Part shown: positions 27,594 through 41,143 of the stretch, one piece after another | How the letters are laid out: every line of letters starts with the position of its first letter | How positions within the stretch are numbered: position 1 is the stretch's first letter | Source of the DNA: Gnetum montanum | Taxonomy: Eukaryota > Plantae > Gnetophyta | Reading direction: 5' to 3' | NCBI GenBank assembly: GCA_015680685.1 | Contig: MNCI01002798.1 | Span: 134,701 to 198,700 of the forward strand | DNA length: 64,000 nucleotides | Notes under the pieces: model-generated | Databases searched by the model: none | Told to the model about the DNA's origin: nothing | Seen by the model: only the letters and a program-made list of their open reading frames with translations | Position numbers and translations under genes: made by a program

Positions 27594-28625
27594 TGTTGAC
27601 CTTTTGGTATGTTAAAACCTTAGAAAAAATGGAGAATGTAGAAATATGCTTGTAGTCTTATAGGACCAAGAAAGAACATGTTGAGCTAACATGTGAAAAA
27701 GAGAGCTAAACTAAAATGAGAGCTACATTGAGATGTCAAAATACGAAATGGAATGATGAGATGAGAACTAGGATGCATATGGATTCTATAAGCCAAATGA
27801 AGATGTTCTAGGGACTGCCAAGATGCTAAAATTCTAGATCCATGATCCAAAATTCAAAGTGGTAAACATCTAAGTGTAGACATCTACATTTCCAGGTAGA
27901 CATCTCTCCTAAACTAAGGTTGATTAGTGATAGACATCTCAACTCTGAATTAGATGTCCAAGCTAGCCATTTCATAGTTGTTGTATGAATTCCAAGGAGT
28001 TTTTGGAAACTTAAAGGACATAAGACATAGTGAAATTCTTGGGAAATGGTCAAGTACTATTCATTGAAAATCTATCCTTAGCTACTAAAAGAGAATTAGG
28101 TTTTGCTCTCCATTGATTCATCATTTGAATGTATTGTATGTAGTAAGCTTCATTGGAAGGACTTTGTAAATAAAGTTATACTCCCTCCTTGATCTTTTTA
28201 TTTCTTTCTTTGTAGCCTTATGGGGTTGATGTGCTTCTTGTGGGAAGGCATCTTTATTAAGTTTATTAGGACCTTGAGGGGTTGAGTTGTTTTATAGCAA
28301 CAAAATGCTCTAGTATGAAGCTCATGTTTTATAATGTTGTGAGATCCTTTAAATCACATTTTGAGCTTGTTATGACCTTGTGGGGTTGAGTGTTTCTCTA
28401 GCAAGAAAACACTCTATGTGAAGCTTAAATCTTGTAAAGGTTGTGGTATCCTTGAAACCAAATTTTTTTAAGGAACAAAGTCTAGAGGTATGGAAGGATT
28501 CTATCCTTTGAGTTTGAAGGTATCCAAGTTGGGCAATCACATAAAATTTATGTGTAGTTTTTGGTTGCGTTGGTTGTTTTAATTGGAGAAATTATTCAAC
28601 CCCATTTCTAATTTCTCAAACCTCA
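27594..28625 (+). repeat. 3' LTR of the copia element
   Basis: Follows the PPT, matches 11998-12985 and is followed by TSD TTGCT. Confidence 0.92.
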
Positions 28626-29436
28626 TTGCTGATTGAAGAATGATGAATTTCATGGAACTTGCTAATCTTCGTTATATAAACTTGGAAATGATGAAAGCAA
28701 GGAGACCAAGGATTGAGTTGGAAAAGCAGATGGTTAGTTCCTACATTCTTTATGAAGCAGAATTCAAGCTCTAGAAAGAGAAAAAATAGAATTTGGAGAT
28801 AGCCAATATGGAGCTTGAAGTTCTTAGAAGAAGATTCACTAAGCAACAATCTATTACCGAGAACCTAGCTAGGTGGATGAATGACTAATAAGAACTATAG
28901 AACCTTGTGAGGATGTTCAGCATAGAATGTAAAACTTTTGAAACCTAGTTTGTCAATGTGAAGGAACTATTTCTTTCAATGCCCTACTAGTGGAACATTA
29001 CTACACTAGCCCCCATCAACAAAGCCCCTTGAACCATGTATGATCCACAAAGCAAAGAAGAAAAGATGAAAGTACTTTTGGATGCTTTTAAACTTTTGAT
29101 AGAATTAGTGGAAGAAACAATCCAACTCAACCTCCACCAACATCAGGATGGGACGAGGAATCATCAGAGCACAAGAACCTCCACTTCTAGACACTATTTG
29201 AGACTTAAACACATCTTCGGCTATCCTATAGGAACTTTTTGAATTTTTATAAAGTGTTCAATTGTGTCGTAATGGATACTCATTTTTGTAACAATGTACA
29301 ATCTAGCACTCAGAATTAGTTAAAGAGTTAGTTAGTTTACCTTTTAGTTAATAAATTTTATACCTTTTCATTTTGTAAGAAACTTGTTCCTAATCTTATT
29401 CACTTGAAGATGAATTTTCAGTGAGTCATCGAGGTA

Positions 29437-30331
29437 TCATGAGACATCAATAAGATAGGTTGCATTGATGCATGCCTATCAATGTAGCCTTGTTGACATA
29501 TCCCCATTGACACATGGTAGGATGCCTTGAGGTAGATATATCATTGCTAATGCAATTATTTCCTATATAAAGACATGCACCTTACACATTTATGATACTT
29601 TTCAATCATAGCCTTAGCTAAACTCTTGTAGTTTCTTTAGCCTAGAGTTAGAATATTTTCTCTTTGAGTGCCCTTAGTGTGGATTTAAGAGATTGTACAT
29701 AGTTTTATTCAAGTGCTTATGTACCTAAACACATTGGCATGACGACAATAAAATCATGATTTCCTACATCCATTGCATCACTTAGACTAGCTTAACTTTA
29801 CTTTTCTGTACATTACTTTAAAATTACCATTATTTCCCTTAATTTAGTAATTAAAGGAATTAATCATAAATACATGAGTGTGACTAGTTTGAGCATAATG
29901 TGTTAATGCTTGGTAATCCTGGCAATGGATATTTGGTACACCGAATAATAGCTACTCAGTAACCGAATAGTGTTAATACTACTTCGAGATGTGTACGATA
30001 AGTGGGGATGGTTACTCCACATTAGGATAATAAGTTATTAGATTAGTTGATTAGTTAGATAATTAATTGTTAAACCTCTATTCAATCTAGCTGTTAGGGT
30101 ACAAAGATATCAAACATAATTATAAAAATATACATAATATGCCTTGACCACACTTAACCATACATACTAATAAACACAAGTGTGAGTTAGGAAGACAATG
30201 ATGTTGCAACTACATGATTCACTATTTAGAAATATTGGCCTCTTGGGTAACTAAGTCTATGAAATTTAACTGAATCACTAGTGAGTGCTGGTGATTCATA
30301 TGATTGGGCATGGGATACCTACCGCTCATCA
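29437..30331 (+). repeat. 3' LTR of element A
   Basis: Follows a degenerate PPT homologous to B's; TATA at ~29564; ends CCGCTCATCA; 3' part matches 1087-1387. Confidence 0.85.
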
Positions 30332-30466
30332 AATATAAAGTAGAATTATCTAAAATATGCAAAGAACCATCAAAACAACTTATCAATTCCTATGTTAAGA
30401 AAGTAGCCTAAGTAAAAGGCTCACAACTAGCATGTTTCGAATCTAGCTATGCATAGGAATAAAGTT

Positions 30467-30637
30467 AAAGGATTATCACCTGAATCCACAATAGTCATCC
30501 CAAAAGGGAAGGTCTTGGGAGGATTAATGAATAAGAAAAAGCCCAATTGCTTGAATTGATGGTACCTAGGCTTGAACCAAGGTCTTTAACTTGAGAAATG
30601 ATCACCTTACTATTGTTAATAAGAGTACATAATGCCA
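30467..30637 (-). mobile_element. Degenerate tRNA-derived SINE (Au/Angio-SINE-like), boundaries approximate
   Basis: B box GGTTCAAGCC on the - strand; ~40-bp core shared with 31815-31855; 3' part CCTCCCAAGACC...ATCCTTT. Confidence 0.6.
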
Positions 30638-31710
30638 CTATCTGCATGAAGATAAAAATTTTAAAGTCAAAATATTTATATTTATTTTCTTGAGTTGATG
30701 AACATATGTAATCTATTTTTATCCTAATTCACCTTTATTTTGCATACATTTCTTACATTTTATTATGGGGAACGTATTCTCAAATTTCCCAAGTATGGCC
30801 CTAATCATTTCTTATAAATTGTAAGGCTATACATGAATGTAATGACCTATTTTACTACAACAAATCTCTTGTTATGAATTTTCTCCAAAAATTATACTAT
30901 GATTGTGCCTATTCATATTCCATAAAGCATTTATCTTCACCCCATCAATAATATCCACTGTTGCCAAACTAGTTCTTAATATCATTTTATTAATTCAAGT
31001 CAACCTTATCAATAACCATCTTTCCTATCCATCATTCAAACTCAACAAGTCTAGCATTTGATCTAGCATTTACATTACCACAGTTTGATTTCAATTTTGA
31101 GGCCCCATTCATGAGTGACATTGGCTACAACACTTTATTTCTAGAAATATAAATGCTTACTATTAACTCCCAAAACTTATATTACATTAAGAGGCATACA
31201 TTCAAGTTTCTTGCATGAAAAACTTTGGTTTTCCCTCTTATTTTGGTTTGTAATATTTTTTGGGTTTACTTCTTTCTTTCATATAAAATTTATCTATCTC
31301 TTTCTTCTAATAACATTTTGCCAAATATTTTATACATATTTTAATACAATAATTTTTAAAACATAATAATATGTTGTATGGATGAGTGATTTTATCAAAG
31401 TTCTTTTCTCTCTATCTATAGACATCACTAAAATTAACAAAATTAATAAGCTTAAGGCTTTTTCAAAAAAATATTTACTTAAATAATTAAATTAAAATAA
31501 ATTCCAAGTTACTTATCACATGTACATATATGCCCTCTTTAACATATTTCAATAATTTGAAATCATCTACTAAAGCCGTATGAATGCTAGTCACTATTAT
31601 ATCAAATAACATTTTTAAAATTTTCCAATATATTCAAAGAATCCTTTCCACTTTGATATGGCGTTACTATCAACCCTAAAAATAAGTAAATATATAAGAC
31701 TCTAAAATAA

Positions 31711-31877
31711 AAAAGGATCCTAACTCAGAGCCACAATGCTCCTTCTGCTAACTGAGGTCTTGGGAGGGTTGGTGAATGAGTGAAAGCCTAATCTCTTCAA
31801 GTGTCTATACCCAAGCTCAAACCCAGGTCTTCAACTTGAGAAATGATCACCTTACCATCATTCCAACCTAATGTCCC
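31711..31877 (-). mobile_element. tRNA-derived SINE (Au/Angio-SINE-like) with TSD
   Basis: A box-like TGGAATGATGGT and B box-like GGTTTGAGC; T-tail; TSD AAGACTCTAAAATAA (31696-31710) / AAGTCTCTAAAACAA (31878-31892). Confidence 0.72.
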
Positions 31878-32575
31878 AAGTCTCTAAAACAAATAAACAT
31901 TAAATAAAATAAAAATATTTCTATTAAAATGAATTTTATATATAACAATTTCTAATAATAAAAAAATTAAATAAGCATACCAATCACAAAACTTTGTATT
32001 GACATTTAAGTAATAATTTATCTAAGCAAATAAAATAAAATAAATTTTTTTTATTATCATCAACTAAAAAAAAAATATATACTACAATTGAAAAAACTTC
32101 TCTTGTAAGAACTTAGGAATTTTCTATTATAACCTTTTAAAACTTAATATATAATATATCATTACCAACTTTAAAGTGTAGTACACAAGGAACAAACCTC
32201 CATATATAACAAAGCATAGGTCCCTCATAATCAACTACTACTATGCTATTACTTTTCATATTTAACTACTCACACATGAAGGAAAATATCAACAATTGCT
32301 TTGTGGGTAACCTATGAAATGAAGGAAAAAGAAAAATCATTAACCCTCAAAACAATAACCATTTATTCCATAGAAATAGTTTTTTTTTTGAAATTCCTGA
32401 GGCAGACTTTTTGGTACTCACCTCCACATAAGAGGGCTAGATTAGGATCCTCTATCAATGACCTGGAAAATTAATACTAATGAACCTTTGTGAGAAATCT
32501 CTTATCCTTGTTGGCAAGCACAATGCAAACATTTTCGAAACTTTGGTTCGTCATTTTGCATCCTATGTTTTTTAT

Positions 32576-32924
32576 CCCAACCAAGGAAGATGCAAGTGGG
32601 TCCTCCCCATTGAAGGCTCATGACCTTGTTGCCCTTGCATATCCTCAAACCAAGGAGTCTGTGGGTCCTACGGTTGATTAATGGTTATGGAAAGTTAAGG
32701 ACCAAATCCTAAAAGAATCTACTGAAGAATTTTAACATATCAAGGAACTTAATTAGCCCAACCAAGGAAAATGCAAGTGGGTCCTCCCCATAGAAGGCTC
32801 ATGCCCTTGTTGCCCTTGCATATCCTCAGACCAAGGAGTCTGTGGGTCCTACGGTTGATTAATGGTTATGGAAAGTTAAGGATTAAATCCTAAAATAATC
32901 TACCATAGAATTTTAACATATCAA
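32576..32924. repeat. Tandem duplication: two 168-bp copies with a 181-bp period
   Basis: 32576-32743 vs 32757-32924, near-identical, 13-bp spacer. Confidence 0.95.
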
Positions 32925-34019
32925 ACTAAGACATTGAACAAGACATGAGAAATGATAGTGAGGGGAGTGATAGATTAGCATTAATATATGAGGAAGAGAA
33001 TGAAATGGAGTCCTGTATCATGCTCACATGAGGTACCTTGTGGATTTTGTGGTTAATATGATTTGAGAAGATCCATCCTTCATCCACATTAAAACCAAAC
33101 ACTGCTAGTGAGTTTTCATCGATGCTCTAAGATGAGTCCACTGCCTCAAGATACAAGAGTACTCCCATAGATCAATTAGCATTCCTAAAAGAGAAGAAAA
33201 GAGAAGTAGGAAGTGAGATGGGCCTTAGTTATAGGTGGCCTTTAAGCATAGGTCACATGTCTTTCTAGTACCATAACCAATGCTTGTAGCCTAGTATTTT
33301 ATCTAAGGGGTCTACTTTGTATTTGAATTATTATTATTTTTTGGTTTTATATTTTTATGATTTTTGGATGGAAACCACACCATGCAAAGACTTTAACTTC
33401 TTATTATTGGTCAACAGTAGAATGGTGAGAAATCCATGAGAACACTCATGCACCCAAGAGGATAAGTAAGTAAAAAGAGCATCAAATTCCCTTGAAGTCA
33501 CATCCTTTTCTATCCATTTAATCCTTCCCATGTTTGGAAACTACCAAGGTCACAAGTTTGTTAAAAGTCTCATTAAGGAAAGGATTGCATATTTCCAAAA
33601 TAAGAAACACCATAGAGTTTTATGGATGAGTGGATGACGTGGACTCACTACCTATTTCATAAAAAAGGAACCATGTCTAAGTTATCAACACCAAAATTTA
33701 AAGATAGAATCTAGACATTAGCAATTAAAAACATTTTATTACAAACCACCATTTGTAGATAGCTACAGTTGCACTTATTCCTAGTGGCAATAAAGGGAAG
33801 AAAACATACCATAAGAAAAAATAAAAGAAATCCAAACCAAATAAAGTAAAATATAGAAGAAAGTGTATAATGTTCAAGAAATAGAAAATATACTAAAAAT
33901 GGTGTAATACAAAAAGTTAAAAAAATTAGGGGCCACTTTAATTGATCAACATGTATGGCCATCTCCCCCATGACTGAGTTGAAAGGAGGAGATCCAAAAT
34001 ATTGAGTGTGCTTGTCCAT

Positions 34020-37000
34020 CTATTGAGATGCTCTAGTCACTAGCTCTTTTGGGCTCATGGAAAGGTTTGACTTATTGCATGTTGACCAAAAATTTCTTAT
34101 TTGGGCTTTCAGGTTTGTAAATTAACATGGACCTAGAAGAAAAGATTTCATAAATAACATAAGGCCCTTTCCACAATGTTTGAAACTCAGTTATTTGTGG
34201 TATGTGTGTGGGATTCTAATAGAGGGCCTTATCTCTTGATTGAAAGTTGACTTTCCTTATTCTAAGGTCATGGCATTGCTTGTTGAATGTCTTGTGCAAC
34301 TTGTTAGATGACAGGGCTACTAATCGGTTCTCATATAGTAAGTTGAGGTTCATTAGTCTTTTGTGCGTGTTAGACTTAGGTCAAGATCAAGGTCACAAGC
34401 TATTGAAAGTGTACAGAGCTTAGCTTGAATTGGAAGTGTTGGCAATTTTCCATACACAAGCTCATCGGGAGAGTAGCCAATAGGAAGTTTCCATGTTGAG
34501 TGGTAGGCCCAAAGGGCATCATTGAGTTTTGTGCTCCATCCCTTTCTATATTTACTAATAGTTGATGTTACTATCTTTGTTATTTCCCTATTTGTTATAT
34601 CTACTTGACCATTGGATGTGGGGTGGTAAGGTGTTGTTAATTTATGTTCAATCCCCAAGCGTTGCATGAGCTTTTGAAAGGTAGTGTCTATAAAAGTGAG
34701 TTCCATTATAAAAAATAAGTGCACATTATAACTAAACCTATTTACAACATTTTTTGTACAAACCAAACAACTGTAGAAGATGTGCAATTAGTGATAGCCA
34801 TAGCTTCTATCCATTTTGTATAATAGTTAATAACAACTATGATGTACACCTTTCCATGTGACATGGGTATGATGAGATCCATTAAGTCAATTTCCCAAAT
34901 GTTAAAGTGTTCTAGTGGTTGGACCCACTACATATAAGTAGTCATCCCACCATCACGTTGGTATCATTTACAAGAGTGGATGAATTGATGACTGTCCCTA
35001 AAAAGTGTTTGGTAGTGATACCTTGCCATGAGGATCTTAATGGCTATGTGTCTTGTGGCATAATGGCCCCCATAGGTGCCCTAATGTGCATCTTGGAGAA
35101 TGTGTAGTTGATTAGGATTAGGAACACACCAACGAACTAGGCCATCGATGTGCACCTTGTAAAGGTATCCATTGATCTTCATAAATTATTTTACCTAGTG
35201 AATAAATCGTCATTTCTTCCTATGTTTTCACTCTTGTGACATCTCCTGAGTGAGAAGATAGGCGAGAATGTCATCGTGCTAGTTAGGTCATTAGGCATTT
35301 TTTCAGTTATAACCCCAGTAAAGAGGAGTTCATTAGGAAACTAATTTGAAGGTGGACATTCCTTCTCTTTGTTGTCTCATTACAATTGAGATAAATGGTC
35401 AAAAATCACATTCTCGGTTCCCTTTTAGTCTATCATTGTAAGATCAAATCCCTACAAGATCACTAGCCACCATATGACACAAGGGCTCACCATTGGTTTG
35501 TTCATCAAGAATTGGATTGTACTATGGTATGTGTGCATAAACACCTTGTACCCAAGCACATAGTGCTTGAATTTTTTCAAGGTAAACATCACTATCATAA
35601 ATTCTTTCTCTATGATGGTGTAATTCAACTACACATCCACAATGCTTTTACTTGCATAGTGGATATAATAAAGATGTTTCTAATCATCCAGCTATGTGAA
35701 AATGACTCATAAGGAATAATTTGATGCATGTATCATGATATGGAAGGGTCAAGACCAATGAGGTGCTCATAGAATTAGATTTTCCACAAGATTTTACTTG
35801 AGATGTTGGAATGCATGTTGACATTCCTTGGTCTAGATAAACAAAGCATCCTTCTTTATCAACTCCAATAATGGTTTAGTGATCTTAGAGAAATTCTCAA
35901 TCAATCATTGGCAGTAGCAAGTGTATCAAGGGAATGAACTCACATCTTTAATTGTTTCTGGCTATTAGGTAATTTTTTGAATGACCCTTATTTTTTCAAG
36001 GTCCACCTTAATCCCTTTTTCTAAAATTCTATGCCCCAAGATAATTTCTTCCTAAATCATTAAGTGGCTTTTTTACTAGTTGAGCCTAAGGTTTGTCTCT
36101 ACATACCTTTTCAGTACTTCCTTAAGGTAGTCTAGGGTTTGACAAAATGTAGCCCCATAGGTGGAGAAGTCATCCATGAAGACTTCCACCTCGCTACCAA
36201 TCTATTGTTGGAACATGCTTAGGACAAGGCATTGGAATGTAGTAGGGGTAGTGCATAGGCCAAATGACATCTTTCTATATGTGAAAGTTCCTTAGAGACT
36301 TGCAAATGTTGTTTTAGCTTAATCCTCTAGTGTAATTTGAATTTGGTTATAGCCACTATAACCATCCAAAAAGCTATAGTAGCAATGCTTGGAAATGATG
36401 ATCAACACCTAGTCCATAAATAGTAATGGAAAATTATCTTTGTAAGTTGCCATGTTCAATAGCATGAAATTGATATAGACCCTTCATTTGTCATATTTCT
36501 TTGGCACTATCATAAATGGACTAACCCACTCGCTATTTGCAATGGGATAGATGAACCCTTCTTTGAGGAGTTGTTTAATATTTTCTTTGATAATCTACTT
36601 CAATTTGGGGTTCAACTACTATTGTGGTTGCCTCTTTGGCTTCATGAAGGGATGTATGTAAATGTGGTGCTGGAATATCCTAGGATCAATTCTAGTGAGT
36701 TTAGGATATGACCAAGAAAAGATTGTTGACCTTTTTTTGACCACCTCCAATAACTTCTTTTTCTGCACTGCACAGAAGCAAGGTTAGCATTGATAATAAC
36801 TGACTTTTCATTATTTAGAAAGATATATTCCATTATGGTTGGTAAATGTTTTAGCTCAAGGGGCTCCTATTTAAAACTTTCAAGGATCTCCAAATCTCCC
36901 CAATTGGTGTCATTAGGTTCATGATTAGAAATTTGGTGATGAACTTGCTTCGATTCATCAATGCCTTGAATGTAAGTACTCATCAGGCTCTTGGTTGGTT

Positions 37001-40000
37001 TCATGCATATTGTTGAGCTATTATCAGGATCAGTTGTCAACCACTAAGTTTCCTCTTATTTTGTAGCTATTACATATAGTCACCTTTGGATCTCAATCAC
37101 ATTAGCATAGTATCTTCATATTGTGATAGATGTGCTTTTTATGAACCATAATTTCTGCACATAATTACACCCTATGTTACTGTATGTGATGCATGGAACA
37201 TGCTTCCTCTCGATTTTAACAATTTTTTTTCCTTGGAAATTTCTAACAAGAGGTTTCTAATTTCCAATTGTGTATCCATGATGCTTAACTAAGCCTTTCC
37301 CATGATGTCCTCCTTGCAGTTATCAATATAAATTACTATGAAGTTAGTAGGATAGGATCACCCATAAATGGTGATCACAATGTCCTCCACCTATCCCAAA
37401 GAAACAATGATGAATTGGTTTGCTAACTTAAGATGAATGTTGCTCTTCTTAAGTGGTCACACTAGAACCTTAGTCCAGAAGAGCCTTGTAAGGCTCATTC
37501 TTAGCGATTTGCACATAAATGAGGGGACTTCCAAGATTAGATCTTTTCCTGGTACGGTGGCCAACCTTAATCTAATCCATGATAGCATGAGTCAACATCA
37601 CGGTATGCACTTTAGAAGGCATTTGGTTTGAAGGGTTCTCAAATAATGGAGTGGAGGATGAGGGAGAAGCAGCATCATCAATTATAGTTTTGTGTAAGGA
37701 CTTAGAAGGACTATTGGTTTGGAAGAAATTTTTTTTAAGGTTTGTTTTCCAAACCACTTGGCTAAGAAGTTGGCTATAAGTTTATAGCCCTTATGGCATT
37801 TCTTTGTTATGGGTAGGTAGAAATTTCACCTTACATGGAAGGAGCTAGTGGTAGTTGAGTTAAGGGCAAAGGTACAGGTGTAGAAGGATGAGGAGGATAG
37901 AATGGAAATGGGGATTTCCCTCTTGGAGATTGAGCTCTATAATATTCAAGAGGGTAGTAGTGGTGCTGAAATGATGTGTGACTGAATGAGTCATGCAGAG
38001 AAATTGGTTGCTAAGCATAGTACCCATATGGGTCTGGTTGCTAGTAAGGGTACTACTACCTTGGTGCTGGCATCCCCCACAGCTATCGGTTCTACCACTA
38101 CTGGTATTATTCATGAGGTTGGGGTGGAGCTCCACTTGGATAATAGACTTGTAATTAGTGGAATTTCTTGTAGTTACCTTGAGGATAAGGAAACTACTTG
38201 GGTGCTTGCCTTCTTGCTAATTTAGGATTCAGCATGTACACCCCAAACTCCTACAAGTGTGACACAATGGGGATCCATTTCGTAGGATGCTTATGATGGT
38301 AGATGTCACATCCACCATCATCATTTATTTCAAATTTCACAACCTCCTCTAGGGTAGTAGCTTTACCCTTACCCCTTTGTTGGGCATGTTCAGATTCTTT
38401 TATTCTCCTTTAGTCATGACAGGTACTTTGCTCTTTGGATGCTTTAGTAATTTTAAGGGTAGATTGGAATTTTTTCATCCAAATAATCTCACATTTTATC
38501 TACCTTAGCCAATATTTTAGAAACAAATTTTTGGATCAGCAAGGTTTTTCATTGCACCACTTAATCAAGTGGTGTCTCCTCCCGTTATCATAGAATCAAA
38601 CTTTCCTTTTTCTAATGCAAGGGTCTTAGTTGTACTCCTCTACACTTTTCTTTTTTCATAACTCATCTTCTTCTTTGGAAACTTGCTCAATGAGCCTTTG
38701 GATCTAGTGGGCTCTAAGTTCTGAAAGTCTTCCTTGGACATAAACCCCAAGAGTTCTGCTTGTTTCTATTTCAAGCCCATCTATGATATGACGGAGTTCC
38801 TCCCTTTGAGAAAAGCCATGACCTAGACACTTGTGCAATAAAGAGTAATATCTACCCATAGCCACATCCAAGGATTCATGTATTCCTTATCTCCACCCTT
38901 GGATCTTCTTCCTTAGATTAGACACTCAGGAGTATGTTTGATACTTGTTGTTGAAGAGTTCAAGCATTTTACTCCATTGTCTAATTGATTTCAATTCTAA
39001 GGACTGGTACTAGCTTTCAGCCTCCTTAATGAGTGTAATTGGGAACAACTTTAATTTTTTCCATTCTTTTTCCATGTTTTGCAAGGCATAGGCATCATGA
39101 AAAGCTTGAATATGATTATGTGAATTTGAGTTGTATCCTCCTTTGAACTTGGAGATGTTATTCATATCCAACCATTTGATTCTACTATCTTTCACATGCC
39201 TTGTTGGGATTCTCATAGCCTTTACAATATTCAACATGTTCCTTATTGCAAGCAAAGGCTCATCATAATCATGGCCTCTATGATGGCCATGATGCCTTTG
39301 ATGTCCTCTATTGTCCCTTCTTTTGTGATGGTGGGCCTTCCTTGATTGTCCACACCCTTGGTCTCTACTAGTCCAGTGGGCCCTATAATCATCTTTGTCC
39401 CATTAGTAACCTTTGTCATGGTCATGTCCTCTATAGCTTCAGTTGATGCTAGAGGAGGAAGAAGAGGATGTCAAAGGTGAAGAGCATGGTGGAGAGCTAG
39501 CACTAGCATTATGCCTACAATTTCATCTTCTTCAATCATGACGAAAATCATTATTGTGATGCTTATCCATGTTGCTACCTTCACTTCCACCTTTCAAGCC
39601 CCCATGATCATGGGACCTATTCTTACTCGAACCAAGATTGTTTACAGTGGATTGAAAGTTCTGGTTCAAGCCCACCTCATCAAAGCTAAAGGAAGGAGAG
39701 TTAGTGAATTGAGAATCCCTAGAGAAGGGATCTTCTCTATCTTTCTAGCCTAGTAGGAACAAGGGCTAATTGAATTGTTTCCCCTTTGATGCTTCATAAT
39801 GCATCTCTTATTGCTAATCTTTCTTGCATTGTGTCTCAGTGGGATGATAATCCCTATAGTTATGGTTTTGCATAATGTATTCAGCATTTAGCCCCTAGAT
39901 GCCCAACCTCATGAGAATTTGGAGTAGCATAGCAAGAATTGATCGATTAGGCAACAACATAATGTTGCCTTCCATGTTCCTCCATTGTAGTTGTTAATCT

Positions 40001-40160
40001 TGATGTAGGATGAAGGTGAAGTCTAGAACATACTCATAGGGATGAGTATATATCACTTTACATTGTTGGGGCACTACCTTATTTTACCTTTCATTCCTTT
40101 GTTGATTAGATGTATGCTCAAACATTGATGAAGAATTAGCCTTGTGAGAAGAAGATATTT
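34020..40160 (-). pseudogene. gag-pol: gag-pol pseudogene of element C
   Basis: Gag 39010-39255; KALLD at ~37480; FMDDF at ~36170; RNase H ~35400-35780; integrase 34353-34787 (TPYHPTSNGQ..NREI..LNDALWAY); WKGPY at ~34165. Confidence 0.9.
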
Positions 40161-40308
40161 TAGATTTGAAGAAAAAACTAGTATTCTTTTATTATTATTA
40201 TTATTTCTAATGATTGCAAATTTAAGATTTGTTATAATAATTTTGAATGATTTCACTAACTCCTAGGTAGCGCACATAGCTAACTAAAGTTCCTAATAAT
40301 GGTGCCAA

Positions 40309-41143
40309 TGATGAGTGGTAAGTATACCCTACTTCTAACCATATGAATTAGTAGTGTTCACTAAGAAATCTAGTTAAATTCCATAGACTTTAACTCTCTA
40401 GGTACATTGGGTCTAAGAAGTGAATCCAACAGATGTGATTGTTGCCTTCTTAGTTCCACTTGTGAAGTGCAAGTGTATGGTTAAGTTTAACTGAGGCATA
40501 TGATTTTTATCATTTTATATTTATTGCTTAAATGATCTAAGTGCTGAAAAATAAATTAATTAATGTTTAATTAATATAATAACTAACCAATGTTTAATTA
40601 ATCCTAACATAAGCATCTGTTCCCACTTTCTGTACACATCTTGAACACATTGTGATGCTACTGGGTTACCAAGCGTTAGTCTTTACTAAGATTACCAAGC
40701 ACTAAACATATCTCAAAGTGGTCGTATGTATGTATTTTAATTAATAACTAATTAATTAATTAATTAATTGCATGTGATAAAGTAAATTGCTCAAATAATA
40801 AATGCATTTAAAGTAAACATTAAGCTAATTCCAAATGCTACAAGGTTTGTGAAGAAAGCTTTTCTTTATTGCCAATCACACCAAGATGCTCAGGTACATC
40901 AATGTTCAAATAAAAAACTGTATACTTCTCACTTCTACTATAGGTACTTATAAAATATTCTAACTGTCAAATTAACAAAATGTAAGAGCTTTGCTAAGAG
41001 ACTAACTATGAAATTCCATAAATGTGATTGGTGATCATGTATTTAAAGTTAAAGATAAACACTACCTTAAGAGGGTCACGTTAATACATCAGATCATGCA
41101 TCGATGCAATCACATCAATGTAGCCCATGAATGTGACTCATCA
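40309..41143 (-). repeat. 5' LTR of element C
   Basis: TGATGAG...CTCATCA termini; adjacent degenerate Asp PBS. Confidence 0.85.

Larger units (their letters stand above)
11998..28625 (+). mobile_element. SIRE/Sirevirus-like Ty1/copia element, gag only (non-autonomous), interrupted by element B
   Basis: LTRs TGTTGAC...CCTCA at 11998-12985 and 27594-28625; TSD TTGCA/TTGCT; Met PBS; PPT CACCAAAAGGGGAAGAT before the 3' LTR plus upstream PPT-like copies (~27377, ~15550-15575). Confidence 0.88.
9735..29240 (+). pseudogene. Extra ('env-like') ORF of element A, split by the copia insertion (9735-11997 plus 28626-~29240)
   Basis: YHLNPMVRPSKVTAFST...LFLEIEK..LIQKICKRGG matches element B's ORF; coiled-coil-like C-terminus; ends YDPQSKEEKMKVLLDAF as in B (NNPRSKEEKMCALLEAF). 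Confidence 0.8.
1087..30331 (+). mobile_element. Element A: degenerate Athila-type Ty3/gypsy LTR retrotransposon, interrupted by nested insertions at 11998-28625
   Basis: 5' LTR remnant ending CTCATCA at 1387, PBS, gag-PR-RT-RH-INT, extra ORF, degenerate PPT and 3' LTR 29437-30331. The extra ORF resumes across the copia TSD (gagttgca|ttgctgattgaagaa, matching element B's K-E-L-Q-I-E-E). Confidence 0.9.
32930..41143 (-). mobile_element. Element C: Athila-type element, 3'-truncated (no extra ORF or 3' LTR)
   Basis: 5' LTR 40309-41143; PBS 40290-40307; gag-pol; post-pol non-coding region homologous to A (8650-8700) and B (~21680). Confidence 0.88.

Noticed and set aside
31711-31877. tRNA gene
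   Set aside because: Only A/B-box-like motifs with no cloverleaf; the unrelated 3' body, T-tail and TSD indicate a SINE.
32576-32924. Centromeric ~180-bp satellite, TRIM or CRISPR array
   Set aside because: Only two units, no PBS/PPT between them, and no repeat-spacer structure.
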